Shown here in pieces: positions 44,600 through 54,069 of a DNA stretch of 58,428 bases. Both the position numbers and the translations under genes were made by a program. Origin of the DNA: a virus. Under the pieces are notes generated by a model, which was not told the DNA's origin, made no database searches, and worked only from the letters and a program-made list of their open reading frames with translations. The stretch lies in the IMG/VR virus record IMGVR_UViG_3300045988_116781; one strand, 5' to 3'. How positions within the stretch are numbered: position 1 is the stretch's first letter; each line of letters begins with the position of its first letter.

Positions 44600-45076
44600 C
44601 TAATCGGTTAAAGTGAACAGTTCAAGTTGTCGTACAGGCTCTTTATAGTCTCTGTGCGCTATCATGAAAGCACTCCGAAGTTCGGCTTCTATTTCATCAA
44701 GAATTTTCTTGCCCACATTATTACGGTCGGCATTCCTGTTTATCTGCAGAGCCGCCTCCAAACTGCCATTTATCCGTTTGTCGTCCATAAATACCGAATA
44801 CTCCGTGAACATTCTGTTGGAATGTTCCGCATCCAGCTTTTCGTTATCCGTCTGCTTGCGCATGTAAACCGTTTCCTGAAACTTACCCACAGTCCTTAAT
44901 GTCTTTTCCTCGTTCTGCCTGTCGTTCTCGAAGATTACGGATATGGCCTCTTTCTTGCGGATTTTGTTCACTTTCGACCACCCGTAAAAGACACGTAGGT
45001 TTTTGCCATGAATACGGCTGCGTTCATTTTGATGCTTGCTGTCGAGAATGAAAAGCCGTTCACGTAAACTATACAT
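44600..45076 (-). CDS. hypothetical protein
   Basis: 158-aa ORF. Confidence 0.4.
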   Translation of the reverse strand: MYSLRERLFILDSKHQNERSRIHGKNLRVFYGWSKVNKIRKKEAISVIFENDRQNEEKTLRTVGKFQETVYMRKQTDNEKLDAEHSNRMFTEYSVFMDDKRINGSLEAALQINRNADRNNVGKKILDEIEAELRSAFMIAHRDYKEPVRQLELFTLTD

Positions 45077-45554
45077 TTTGACCTCCTTTCTTCAATTCTA
45101 CAATAAGTAAATCTGCCAATTCCAATGCGTTGTTTACCGTGGTTTCAATCTCAATCCTTGTGAAACAATCAGCATTGAGCGCAACTCCTCTGATGGCTTC
45201 TTTTGCTATCTCATACCTGCGCTGTTCCCAGTCAATTTCCTTTGAGAACTCCAAAGCGAACATCGGGAACTTACGGCCATCATCTGTTTCGTAAAATGCC
45301 AACTTAGCATTAAGCGGTTCACGGCAAGGTCTTACCATAACCGTTTCTCCCGTATCCTTAACCACGACTTTCTGCATTTCGGCACGGTTTTCCGTGTTTT
45401 TGGAACGGTTTTGCTCCTGTTTGGCACGCTCCCTGACCATTTTCGTATGTTCTGCCACGCAAGCCTTGCACCTGCGTGGATATGATTTGCTGAACTCCGA
45501 AATGTGCTTTTCCTGTCCGCACACCTCACAAACTTTGTATTCTGAATTATCCAT
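45069..45554 (-). CDS. hypothetical protein with N-terminal Cys4 zinc-finger-like motif
   Basis: 161 aa with CEVCGQEK...CKAC. Confidence 0.45.
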   Translation of the reverse strand: MDNSEYKVCEVCGQEKHISEFSKSYPRRCKACVAEHTKMVRERAKQEQNRSKNTENRAEMQKVVVKDTGETVMVRPCREPLNAKLAFYETDDGRKFPMFALEFSKEIDWEQRRYEIAKEAIRGVALNADCFTRIEIETTVNNALELADLLIVELKKGGQNV

Positions 45555-45557
45555 AAT

Positions 45558-48068
45558 TTATGCTCCTATTAAGTCAAACAATGTCGGTGCGGTAACCTCC
45601 TGCTCAATCTCTTTCAGGTAGGAAATACCGTCTCTCCAATAGTCATAGTTCAGTTCGGTAGACAGACCCATGCGCCCCATTTTCACGGCGCAGTACGGCA
45701 CCGTCTGAATACCTCCGAACGGGTCAAAAACGACTTCTCCCTTGTTGGAATACCTCTCGATGAGCCTTTCCACTATGTCAAGCTGCAACGGGCAGATATG
45801 GTTCTGCTTTTTCTTCTGCGACTGCTTCGTGTTCAGGGTGCGCATCCGTACCACATCGTCCCAAATCCAATCCTTTTTGCTTACCGGATCTACCGCCATG
45901 AATGTCTTCGGCAGCTTCCCGTAAGCCTCCAGCTCCTCCGCAAAGGCGATATGCTCCTCATAGTTGTAGACATGCTCGCTCTCGTACTTCCTGAACAGGG
46001 AACGTATCTTGTCTATGCCCAAGCCTTTCATGTCCTCGAAACTCAAAAGGGAGTTGCCCGAAGACTTCCAGCTTGCGTGAGCGTCAATCTGCCAGCGTGC
46101 CAGCGAATAATCCTCCTTGCTTTTCTCCACACGGCAATCCGCATAAGCCTTTGAGGTATCGGTAGGCAGCTTGCGGAACAGAAGCACGTATTCAGGACAC
46201 CCTACGCCCATTTTCGAGCCGTCCTTGCGCATTTCACCATAGCCCAAGCGGTACGTCTGGTTATTCTCCCTTACCACGTCTGTATCGACCGTTATGCGTC
46301 CCATATACCGGAAGCCATGCTTCATGTAGTGGAACACGGCCATGTCCGAAAACGGGTCTATGGTAGGCATTCCGTCCCCGGTTGCGTTACCGAACAGCAC
46401 CCGGTCTTTCACATGCACGCACAGAAGTCTGCCCGGCTGTAAAATCCGCATCAGTTCGGGAGTGAGATAGTCCATCTGCTCAAAGAACTTCTCATTATCC
46501 TGATTATGCCCGAAGTCGTTGTATGTCGGCGTGTACTCGTAGTGGTTGGAGAACGGTATGCTGGTCACAATAAGACCGACCGAGTTTTCCAGCATGTTCT
46601 GACACTCCAGCACGTTGTCGTTGTTTATCGCTCTCCACATCTTGCCCGACTGTTCCTCACGCTTGGAGAACATGTAGCGCATCATCTTTTCCTCTGCCTG
46701 TAATCCGAACAGCCCGTTTTCCCGTATGATGTTCGCCATATTCTCGACCATGTTGTTATGCTGCGCCCACTTCTGCATGAATGACTTGAAAATCTCCTGT
46801 TCGCTCTCAGCATACACCAAATACAGCTCAACCGGGTATTTCTGCATAAAGCGGTGTATGCGTGCCACTGCCTGAAACTTGTCGTTGAAACGGTAGTCGA
46901 TGAACATTATAGCCTTGTGGCAATGGTATTGGAAATTCAAGCCCTCTCCGAGCATTTCAGGCTTTGCGGCAAGGTATTTCAGTTTACCGTCCTTGAAGTC
47001 CTGAATAATGCTGTCCGCTTCCTCATCGTCCTGCGAACCGTAGACCGCCTTGCATCCGGGAATGGCTTTGCACAGCTCGACACGTTCCGCTTCCAAGTCG
47101 TGCCACAAAAGGAAATGGTCATCCTTATTCTCCGGGCGATTTATTATCTCCACCACACGGGCGATTTTCACAGGCATACAGTCCCTGCGCTCCCGTGCCG
47201 CATCCTGCAAGCTCAAGGCTGCTGAACGGAACATCATAGCCTGTCCGTCCCTGTCCTGCATCGGCATTGAATTGTCCACCTCTACGATTTCCTCATGCAC
47301 GTGCAGTTCAGGAAGCTCATACCCGATATCGGGGTAGCCCAAGTCTGACGGCTTCGTCAGGAACAAAGCCCATGTGCTTACCCATAGCCAAAACTCCTTT
47401 TCCTTGTGCGGATAGAGCGTTAGGTTGTTCGCCTTTGTGCTGTCTCTTTGGAAAAACCTCGTAAGAGCCTGTCCCGTGTCCATTACGCCGAGATAACCTG
47501 CATAATGTATCAACTCCTTGTATCGGTTGGGAGACGGCGTAGCGGTCGCCACAAAGCGGTACGGCACATTGCTGAACAACGGCAGGAACTCCTGATAGGT
47601 CTTTGTTCCGAAGCCACGCAGCACGCTCGCTTCATCCAAAGATGTTGCGGTGAAGTATGAAGGATCTATACGTACCCCGTCCTCACCGTCACGTACACGC
47701 TCGTAGTTGGTTATCATTATTTCGGTAGGGCATTCCATTACCTCCTGCATGGTGCGAACATAGGTCACTTCCATGCCGAGATGTTCCTTTGCCTGATGCA
47801 GGAACTCAATCACTACACGCTTGGGGCAAACAATCAATCCTTTGCCGCCCTCATGCTTCAGGATTATACGGAGGATTTCAAGCTGGGTTACGGTCTTCTG
47901 CATACCGAAGCTGCTGAATACAGCCCTGCAACCGCCCTTAACAGCCCAGCGAACGGTATCTTTGACGTGAGGATATAGATTTGGTGTCAGCTCATCCGTA
48001 CTGACCTCGAAGCCCGTGTTATGGCTTATCGCCATCTTGTCTCTGAGAAATGCAATATATGGTTTCAT
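45558..48068 (-). CDS. SF2 (SNF2/DEAD-like) helicase fused to a beta-class N6A/N4C DNA methyltransferase
   Basis: 836 aa. Helicase motifs: FGMQKT, SLDEAS, ATATPSPN and QAVARIHR. Methyltransferase motif IV-like TSIPF is followed by C-terminal motif I VFDPFGGIQT. Confidence 0.7.
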   Translation of the reverse strand: MKPYIAFLRDKMAISHNTGFEVSTDELTPNLYPHVKDTVRWAVKGGCRAVFSSFGMQKTVTQLEILRIILKHEGGKGLIVCPKRVVIEFLHQAKEHLGMEVTYVRTMQEVMECPTEIMITNYERVRDGEDGVRIDPSYFTATSLDEASVLRGFGTKTYQEFLPLFSNVPYRFVATATPSPNRYKELIHYAGYLGVMDTGQALTRFFQRDSTKANNLTLYPHKEKEFWLWVSTWALFLTKPSDLGYPDIGYELPELHVHEEIVEVDNSMPMQDRDGQAMMFRSAALSLQDAARERRDCMPVKIARVVEIINRPENKDDHFLLWHDLEAERVELCKAIPGCKAVYGSQDDEEADSIIQDFKDGKLKYLAAKPEMLGEGLNFQYHCHKAIMFIDYRFNDKFQAVARIHRFMQKYPVELYLVYAESEQEIFKSFMQKWAQHNNMVENMANIIRENGLFGLQAEEKMMRYMFSKREEQSGKMWRAINNDNVLECQNMLENSVGLIVTSIPFSNHYEYTPTYNDFGHNQDNEKFFEQMDYLTPELMRILQPGRLLCVHVKDRVLFGNATGDGMPTIDPFSDMAVFHYMKHGFRYMGRITVDTDVVRENNQTYRLGYGEMRKDGSKMGVGCPEYVLLFRKLPTDTSKAYADCRVEKSKEDYSLARWQIDAHASWKSSGNSLLSFEDMKGLGIDKIRSLFRKYESEHVYNYEEHIAFAEELEAYGKLPKTFMAVDPVSKKDWIWDDVVRMRTLNTKQSQKKKQNHICPLQLDIVERLIERYSNKGEVVFDPFGGIQTVPYCAVKMGRMGLSTELNYDYWRDGISYLKEIEQEVTAPTLFDLIGA

Positions 48069-48080
48069 CTTGTTGCCGAT

Positions 48081-49232
48081 TTAGAAATACACGTTTGTCA
48101 ATGCTCTGCCGTTGCTCTCGATTTGATACAATCCCTTTTGCGGTTCTGTCAGCTTCAGGTCTTCAACACGACCGAAGCGGTGGTAGTTGTTGCACAAGTC
48201 CACCACCCATGATTCCTGCTTGTCCTTGTGTGGTCTTATTGCCCGACCTATCATCTGATAGTAAAGCGAAAGGCTCATTGTGGGACGTGCAAGAACGACC
48301 GTATCAAGTTCGGGATAGTCAAATCCTGTAGTGAGTACCCCGACATTCGCTACGACTTTTATCTGTCCAGACTTGAACTTTTCAAGTATCTGCTCACGCT
48401 CTGATTTAGGGGTGGACCCTGAAACAATGGCACAACATCCGAATGTCTTTTCAAGCCGTTCTGCTTCTTTCAGGAAACGTGTAAATACAAGTATTCCCCG
48501 GCGGTTCACTTTAAGAAGCCGCTCGATGATGTTGCACAGGTGCTGGTAGAAATTCACACGCTTGTATTCGCTCAGTACCGATTTTTCGGAATAGTCCGCA
48601 CCTGTGGTGTTGTACCGCAGCTTCTTCATGTCAAGCGGACTGAGTTGGAAATACCGCATCGGCGACAGGTAGCCCCGTTCCGAAAGTTCCCCAATCTGTA
48701 CATGGTACAGCACGCTTGAAAATACGCATGGTCTCGTGCGTGTGATGAATTTCAGCATAGAGCCGAAGTCAAGGCTCGAATACAGCCTGTAAGGCGTGGC
48801 GGTTAATCCCAAAACCTTGCATTTTATGGCTGTCAGGAAGTCTTTGTACATGCCCTCTTTCGGGTTCACCAAATGGCATTCGTCTATGATTACATACCTG
48901 AATGCCCTGAACAGTTGCGGATTGCTCTTTACGCTGCCTATCGTGGCGAATGTGATCCGGCGTATTTCCTTGCTGTTAAATGAAGCCGAATACACAGAAC
49001 AGTCCCAAACGCCGTATGATTGCAGCTTTGCATAATTCTGTTCCAATATCTCCTTGCTTGGCTGGAATATGAGTGTAGGAGCGTCCAGCCGTGCGGCAAT
49101 GTCCGCTATCACAAGGCTCTTGCCGCTTCCTGTCGGCAGGACTATGATTGCGTTCTTGTTGCTGCTCCTGTCCTGGAAGAACGCCGTTGCAGCGTCGCTT
49201 GCTTTTTTCTGATAGTCTCTTAACTGATACAT
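48081..49232 (-). CDS. DEAD/DEAH-box (SF2) helicase
   Basis: 383 aa with LPTGSGKS (Walker A), IIDECH (motif II) and GFDYPELD...QMIGRAIR (motifs V/VI). Confidence 0.8.
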   Translation of the reverse strand: MYQLRDYQKKASDAATAFFQDRSSNKNAIIVLPTGSGKSLVIADIAARLDAPTLIFQPSKEILEQNYAKLQSYGVWDCSVYSASFNSKEIRRITFATIGSVKSNPQLFRAFRYVIIDECHLVNPKEGMYKDFLTAIKCKVLGLTATPYRLYSSLDFGSMLKFITRTRPCVFSSVLYHVQIGELSERGYLSPMRYFQLSPLDMKKLRYNTTGADYSEKSVLSEYKRVNFYQHLCNIIERLLKVNRRGILVFTRFLKEAERLEKTFGCCAIVSGSTPKSEREQILEKFKSGQIKVVANVGVLTTGFDYPELDTVVLARPTMSLSLYYQMIGRAIRPHKDKQESWVVDLCNNYHRFGRVEDLKLTEPQKGLYQIESNGRALTNVYF

Positions 49233-49254
49233 ATTATTCGTTGCGTTGATTATT

Positions 49255-49980
49255 CTATCTACGTGACTGACCTTTCAGGTGTATCACGTTGTAGGTCTTA
49301 AATCTGTCCTCCAACCTCCCGTAACCGTCCGCAAAGTATTCCTTTAGCTCCGATGCCGTCAGGTTGGTTGTTATGTGGGCGAACTTTCCTTGCTGCGCCC
49401 AAATCTCGTTTCTTGCGTGGAAAAAGTCAGTCACAAGGACTTTCGTATCTGTTCCGAAATGCAGATGAGTCTGTAACCCTACGTCATTGAGGCAGACGTT
49501 GAACGGCTTTCCCTCGAATGATTGCGTACCGTCCTCATTGTAGGTGTACTTATCGAGATGGTTGTGCATCTTGTAGTAATTTATCATCTGCGTTACCGAC
49601 AGGTTCACAAAGGCGTTTGGGTTTCCCGTCCTTTTGAGGTAGTCAGCAAATACCTGCATGAGCATCGTCTTTCCGACACCGACCTCTCCGCATATCATCA
49701 GGTTTTTGTGTATCGTGTAGCCCTTGCCCGGGAACACATCCTCCGCTTTCTTGCAGTTATTGAAGTAATAGAGCAGAAAATGTATGATGTCCCGGTTATT
49801 GTCATCGATTACAAACCGTTTGAACTGCTTGGCAAGCACTACGTTACCACAGGTACACAGCAAGTTGCCGTGCTGCTTGAAAACCGTTTCATCGGTCAGG
49901 TCGTCAAAATCCCTCCTCATAGTTACGTTCCATTGCTTTTGCAGCTGGAGCATTATTGAGTTTATCTTTTGCGCTTCCAT
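49255..49980 (-). CDS. DnaC/IstB-like AAA+ ATPase (helicase loader candidate)
   Basis: 241 aa with Walker A GEVGVGKT and Walker B-like VCLNDVG. The start codon is uncertain; alternative ATGs lie at 49953 and 49920. Confidence 0.6.
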   Translation of the reverse strand: MEAQKINSIMLQLQKQWNVTMRRDFDDLTDETVFKQHGNLLCTCGNVVLAKQFKRFVIDDNNRDIIHFLLYYFNNCKKAEDVFPGKGYTIHKNLMICGEVGVGKTMLMQVFADYLKRTGNPNAFVNLSVTQMINYYKMHNHLDKYTYNEDGTQSFEGKPFNVCLNDVGLQTHLHFGTDTKVLVTDFFHARNEIWAQQGKFAHITTNLTASELKEYFADGYGRLEDRFKTYNVIHLKGQSRR

Positions 49981-50734
49981 ACAGGTTATTGTTTCGTTTC
50001 AGATATTTATCCACGCACCAATTCAGTATCGCACGGTAATCATCCTTGTACCGCTTGCCTGATGATGCCTTGTAGTTGTCGAGTATCTCTACGAGTTCCT
50101 TTGCGCCGTCCTCCCCGTAACTGTTCACGAGCTTTGCGTATTCCGCTTCCGTCATTCTGACAAATTCGGCGTACTGCTTCTTCTCGACAGCAGGTTTCGT
50201 CTTTTTCGGTTTCGTGGCCGGCTTCTGCTCCGGTTCTTCGGGCTTCCGTTCAGTTTCAGCCTGCGGTATCTCGTTAGCCTGTGAATACCGCCTTGCCATT
50301 CCCTTTTGTCCGGCGTTTGTCCGTCTCTCACTCAATGAACCGTCACGGATCATCCTCTTTTGGCAGAGCGTGTTCCCATCGATATACAGGCATTCGTTCT
50401 CTATAAGTTCCCGAAGTCCCATCTCGATTTCCTCCTGTCCAAAAGGAAGATGTCTTGACAGCTTCAAAGCGAACTTCACTATAAGGCTGTCCTCATCCGT
50501 AACCTCCTCCAAATCCTTTTCAGAGAGAGCGATTTTTCCATACTCGGCAGACTTGTGCATCAGGCACATGATACGAATGTAGACACCGTGAGCCCTTGCA
50601 GAGCATTCCGCAAGACGTTCGTCCGACATGAATGCGTCCACATACAGGGGTAGGAATGGTGAGTTTCTACGTGCCATTATCACAGTCTTTATAAGCCCCC
50701 TCCAAAAGAGGAAGGGGCATTGTACTACATTCAT
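49904..50734 (-). CDS. replication protein candidate (DUF1376/YdaU-like N-terminus, DnaD-like C-terminus)
   Basis: 276 aa. FLPLYVDAFMSDERLAECSARAHGVYIRIMCLMH resembles DUF1376. The C-terminal KRYKDDYRAILNWCVDKYLK resembles DnaD/phage replication domains. Confidence 0.5.
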   Translation of the reverse strand: MNVVQCPFLFWRGLIKTVIMARRNSPFLPLYVDAFMSDERLAECSARAHGVYIRIMCLMHKSAEYGKIALSEKDLEEVTDEDSLIVKFALKLSRHLPFGQEEIEMGLRELIENECLYIDGNTLCQKRMIRDGSLSERRTNAGQKGMARRYSQANEIPQAETERKPEEPEQKPATKPKKTKPAVEKKQYAEFVRMTEAEYAKLVNSYGEDGAKELVEILDNYKASSGKRYKDDYRAILNWCVDKYLKRNNNLYGSAKDKLNNAPAAKAMERNYEEGF

Positions 50735-51447
50735 CAGATTTCAAGAACTGCGATATCGGGTGCTATTTTGCATATTCCCTCGATTACCGTATCAATCGCA
50801 CCGTCTTTGGTCTGCTCGGTCATGTCGTTTGCTTCCGGCGATACGAGCGTACAGGTCAGGTCGTCTGGATTGAAATAGGTCTCACATTCGATTTCAACAG
50901 GCTTTCCGCCCTTGAAAATCGGTACTTTGATTGTGAACGCTTCCGGCAGGTTGCTCTCGATTTTCTGTGCGAGAAGCAGCCGTTTGTCCCCTTTGCGCAA
51001 GTCCACTTCAGCCTCCACATCCTTGTTCACTTTCGCCCTGAAGTTGCGGAGCAGGGAAACAAGCTCCATTGCTGCCTGCTTGTTGTCGAAATACGAGCGG
51101 TTCATTTTGATGAACTCCGACATCTCGATAGGGGTGCGGTACTGTCCCTGATTGATGCCGAATTTCAGAAACACGGGGTGAAGCTGGAGTTGTCCCTTGA
51201 TTTCCGTGCGGTAATGGTTATTCTCGTCAATAACGAGCTGTATGCTCATCTCCTCCCGATCCACCGCTACAAATGCTTTCTTCTGCTCAATCTCCGTAAT
51301 GCGCTTTTCAAGCCATCTCAGGGGCGCATCGAGCGTTCCGAAGATTACTACCTGTTGGGGTTCTTTCGGTTCAAGAGCGGCACCCGTAAGCACCTCTAAC
51401 GTCTTTATTCCGTTCTCTACTGTAATGTTCAAATCTTTCGGTTGCAT
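50734..51447 (-). CDS. hypothetical protein
   Basis: 237-aa ORF with an ATGA overlap with the downstream gene. Confidence 0.45.
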   Translation of the reverse strand: MQPKDLNITVENGIKTLEVLTGAALEPKEPQQVVIFGTLDAPLRWLEKRITEIEQKKAFVAVDREEMSIQLVIDENNHYRTEIKGQLQLHPVFLKFGINQGQYRTPIEMSEFIKMNRSYFDNKQAAMELVSLLRNFRAKVNKDVEAEVDLRKGDKRLLLAQKIESNLPEAFTIKVPIFKGGKPVEIECETYFNPDDLTCTLVSPEANDMTEQTKDGAIDTVIEGICKIAPDIAVLEI

Positions 51448-51458
51448 AATTTTCTGTT

Positions 51459-51908
51459 TTAATCGTTATCTGTACCTGTTTTGCTTCTCGGTGTCTCAGG
51501 TCTCAATGCCTGAAACAGCGTTGTCTGTCTCTCATCAGGGCGCATCGGACGGCAGTCCACAAGTATTCCCTGTTTGTTGTAGAAACCGACCATCTGCTCA
51601 TCATGGTCACAGAACTTGTAGCAGTCCTCGACCACATACTCGGACTTGCTTTTGATGTTGGCAAGAAGCTCCTGCTTCTCGGTCTCCAGCGGCTTTTTCC
51701 TGAGCTTGAACTCATCGTTTGCCGCTTTCTTCTCTTCGTCAATGTCGTTGATGTCGATGACAATCTTTGACAGACGGTCTTTCATTGTCTCCATTTCGTC
51801 AGGTGTAAAGGCTTTCATGTAGCCTACTTCTTCCACCTTATCCGCATTGTCGGAGAGCATCTGTATCCGTTCCTTTTCGGACAGGTCTGCGAATAATACT
51901 TTTTCCAT
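51459..51908 (-). CDS. hypothetical coiled-coil protein
   Basis: 149-aa ORF. Confidence 0.45.
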   Translation of the reverse strand: MEKVLFADLSEKERIQMLSDNADKVEEVGYMKAFTPDEMETMKDRLSKIVIDINDIDEEKKAANDEFKLRKKPLETEKQELLANIKSKSEYVVEDCYKFCDHDEQMVGFYNKQGILVDCRPMRPDERQTTLFQALRPETPRSKTGTDND

Positions 51909-51926
51909 TGTGCGATATTTTTAGGG

Positions 51927-52514
51927 TTAGCCAAGATTGAAGTACGACCACAGGTCGATGAACTGCTTGCCGCAATACGTGGCGAGTTCTTCGCTCTTTA
52001 AGCAAAGGCGAGAGCCGACGGACGCAGTCGTAGTCGAGGGGGCGTGATACGAGTACGCAGAGCCGAAGCCCGCATAGTGTTCTGAAACTCTGTCCCGTAC
52101 GTCCATCATACGGCGTTCTTTCTTTTCCTCTACGCTCATTTCGTCAAGCTCTTTTTGTGTGTAGAGCCAAAACCAAGGATACCACCTTACCTCGTCTTTG
52201 GTGAACTGTGGCTCCCAGCCCTCGTTTAGAGCTGCTACGACAATCCTTAGCTGGAGATATGCTTCAAGGTTCGGAGACAGATTTTCTCCTAAATTCCATT
52301 CTTTTACGAACGGGTGTTCGCTGCCAAGTTCACGGCAAGCGTCATTGAATGTCCTTACACGAGCCATGATGTTCTTCTGCTGGAACATATCCTTTCCGAA
52401 TATTGCTTCAAGCATCTTTTTCGTTGCCTTATCCGCTTCGTTGTAGTTCTTGATAAGGTTCTCTTTTGAAATTTTTACTTCACTCATTGTTACTGAAATT
52501 TTGATGTTGTCCAT
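51927..52514 (-). CDS. DGR target protein 2 (small early-region protein carrying VR2)
   Basis: 195 aa. The segment AGFGSAYSYHAPSTTTASVGSRLCL is encoded by a 76-bp copy of the TR. 25 further residues follow the VR. Confidence 0.7.
   Translation of the reverse strand: MDNIKISVTMSEVKISKENLIKNYNEADKATKKMLEAIFGKDMFQQKNIMARVRTFNDACRELGSEHPFVKEWNLGENLSPNLEAYLQLRIVVAALNEGWEPQFTKDEVRWYPWFWLYTQKELDEMSVEEKKERRMMDVRDRVSEHYAGFGSAYSYHAPSTTTASVGSRLCLKSEELATYCGKQFIDLWSYFNLG
52000..52075 (-). repeat. DGR variable repeat 2 (VR2, remote, 5'-truncated relative to the TR)
   Basis: 76 bp aligned without gaps to TR 11519-11594. All 16 mismatches are at TR coding-strand adenines. Its 3' boundary sequence is the same as that of VR1. 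Confidence 0.8.
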
Positions 52515-52950
52515 AATTCTTTCTGTTTGATTGTTTCTTTCTCCATTCTTTGTCTGGGTCAGGTATTTCGGTATTCAGGAACTCACGGGCGAAATCCCTA
52601 ACGTTGTCCACATAGGCCGAGAATGTCACCGTGTCCATCGTGGCGGTAGAGTGGGGAAACTCCACAACCTCGCCTGTCTGCTTGTTCACGGCACTTTCCT
52701 TTGTGAACTTCGATTTGCAGAACTCATGCACCTGCTCTGTGTTGGTGAAATCGTCCCATCCGGCATCTATCAGAGCATCGAGCAGGATAGGATAGACACA
52801 CCCCCAAAGCCATGCGTTCTGGTCATTGCTCCGGTTTCCCCGTACACGCTTCACGGTCAGCATATAGATACCGTCAGTGCATCCCCTGAAAGCCTCGTAA
52901 ACCCTACGCAGGTCAAACCGTCCGCCTTTCTTGATTACCTGTAAAATCAT
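52480..52950 (-). CDS. NinB/Orf-like recombination mediator candidate
   Basis: 156 aa. NRSNDQNAWLWGCVYPIL resembles the lambda NinB motif NRSLDQNRKLWACL. Confidence 0.45.
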   Translation of the reverse strand: MILQVIKKGGRFDLRRVYEAFRGCTDGIYMLTVKRVRGNRSNDQNAWLWGCVYPILLDALIDAGWDDFTNTEQVHEFCKSKFTKESAVNKQTGEVVEFPHSTATMDTVTFSAYVDNVRDFAREFLNTEIPDPDKEWRKKQSNRKNYGQHQNFSNNE

Positions 52951-53309
52951 ACTTCCTGACCAATCTGTTTTTCCAATGCCATACGCACGGCCTTGATTGC
53001 GTTCTCACGCCCTTTCAGGCTTTCGATGTAGTCCACAACCTCCTGACGGTTTTCAGCCCTGTAATAGCCTTTTCCCGAAGCGATAAGGCATGTTACCAAG
53101 CCATGTATGCGTATGTGGTTGATGATTTTCCTAATCCGTACCTCCGTAACCTTGTAACCATTGTTGCGGAGCGATATGCAGATGTGGCCGTTGCTTACAG
53201 CGTTCGCCGCACCTGTCCTGTTCGACAGCCCTCTTACGATTATCGGCAACAGGGTGTTTTTCTCGTAACCGTTCAACGGACGTGTCTCGTTCTCAAAACC
53301 GTGTAGCAT
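52947..53309 (-). CDS. hypothetical protein
   Basis: 120-aa ORF. Confidence 0.45.
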   Translation of the reverse strand: MLHGFENETRPLNGYEKNTLLPIIVRGLSNRTGAANAVSNGHICISLRNNGYKVTEVRIRKIINHIRIHGLVTCLIASGKGYYRAENRQEVVDYIESLKGRENAIKAVRMALEKQIGQEV

Positions 53310-53310
53310 G

Positions 53311-54048
53311 TCAGTATGGATTTATTGAAAGGTTAAGCTCCAGCCCGGCGACCGCCGCATATACGGGCTTTCCCGATGTCTCCTGCACCTCACGGACAAA
53401 CCGTCTTTCATCGCTGTTGCCGTTAGAGAGATGTATCAGGACTATCTCGTTCACTCCCGACAGGTCGTTTGCCCTCAATATCCCTTTGGTCGTCTCAATC
53501 TCCATGTGCGAGTGTATCAATCTCGGTTTCATTGACAGCGTCACAGATCCGGCCTCTATCTTCGTATCCAAGATGTCCTCCGCATAGTTGGCTTCCAGCA
53601 GGATGTGGTTCAGTCCCGGCACTCTGTATTCGAGCATCATCGTGTCCGTCACGAAAAGCATACGCCCCATGTCCTCATGCTCGATGATGAAGCCCACGCA
53701 CGGAACATCGTGGCATACTGGTATTGCAAAGACCTTGAAGCCTCCCACAATGTAGCCGTGCATGGGTTCAATCTCTTTTCTGAATGACAGCGAGTCGATG
53801 CCTTTAGCCTTGAACACGGACGGGAGAGCGAGTACCGTGATGCCGTTTGAGACAAAATCCCTGACATATTTCGCATGGTCGTTGTGCTCATGGGTAATGA
53901 CAGCCCCGACAACCTTTGAAAGCTGCCATTTCAGGGCTTTCTTCACTTCGGAGAAGCGTACCCCTGCCTCGATGATTAAAGCCTCCTTATCGTTCTGCAA
54001 TACGTAGCAGTTGCCGTTGCTGTCACTCCCAAGAACATTCAGTCTCAT
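53311..54048 (-). CDS. metallo-beta-lactamase-fold hydrolase (candidate recombination exonuclease)
   Basis: 245 aa with the HxHxDH motif (THEHNDHAKY). It is adjacent to recT. Confidence 0.7.
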   Translation of the reverse strand: MRLNVLGSDSNGNCYVLQNDKEALIIEAGVRFSEVKKALKWQLSKVVGAVITHEHNDHAKYVRDFVSNGITVLALPSVFKAKGIDSLSFRKEIEPMHGYIVGGFKVFAIPVCHDVPCVGFIIEHEDMGRMLFVTDTMMLEYRVPGLNHILLEANYAEDILDTKIEAGSVTLSMKPRLIHSHMEIETTKGILRANDLSGVNEIVLIHLSNGNSDERRFVREVQETSGKPVYAAVAGLELNLSINPY

Positions 54049-54069
54049 AGCTCAACCCTCCATGATTGA

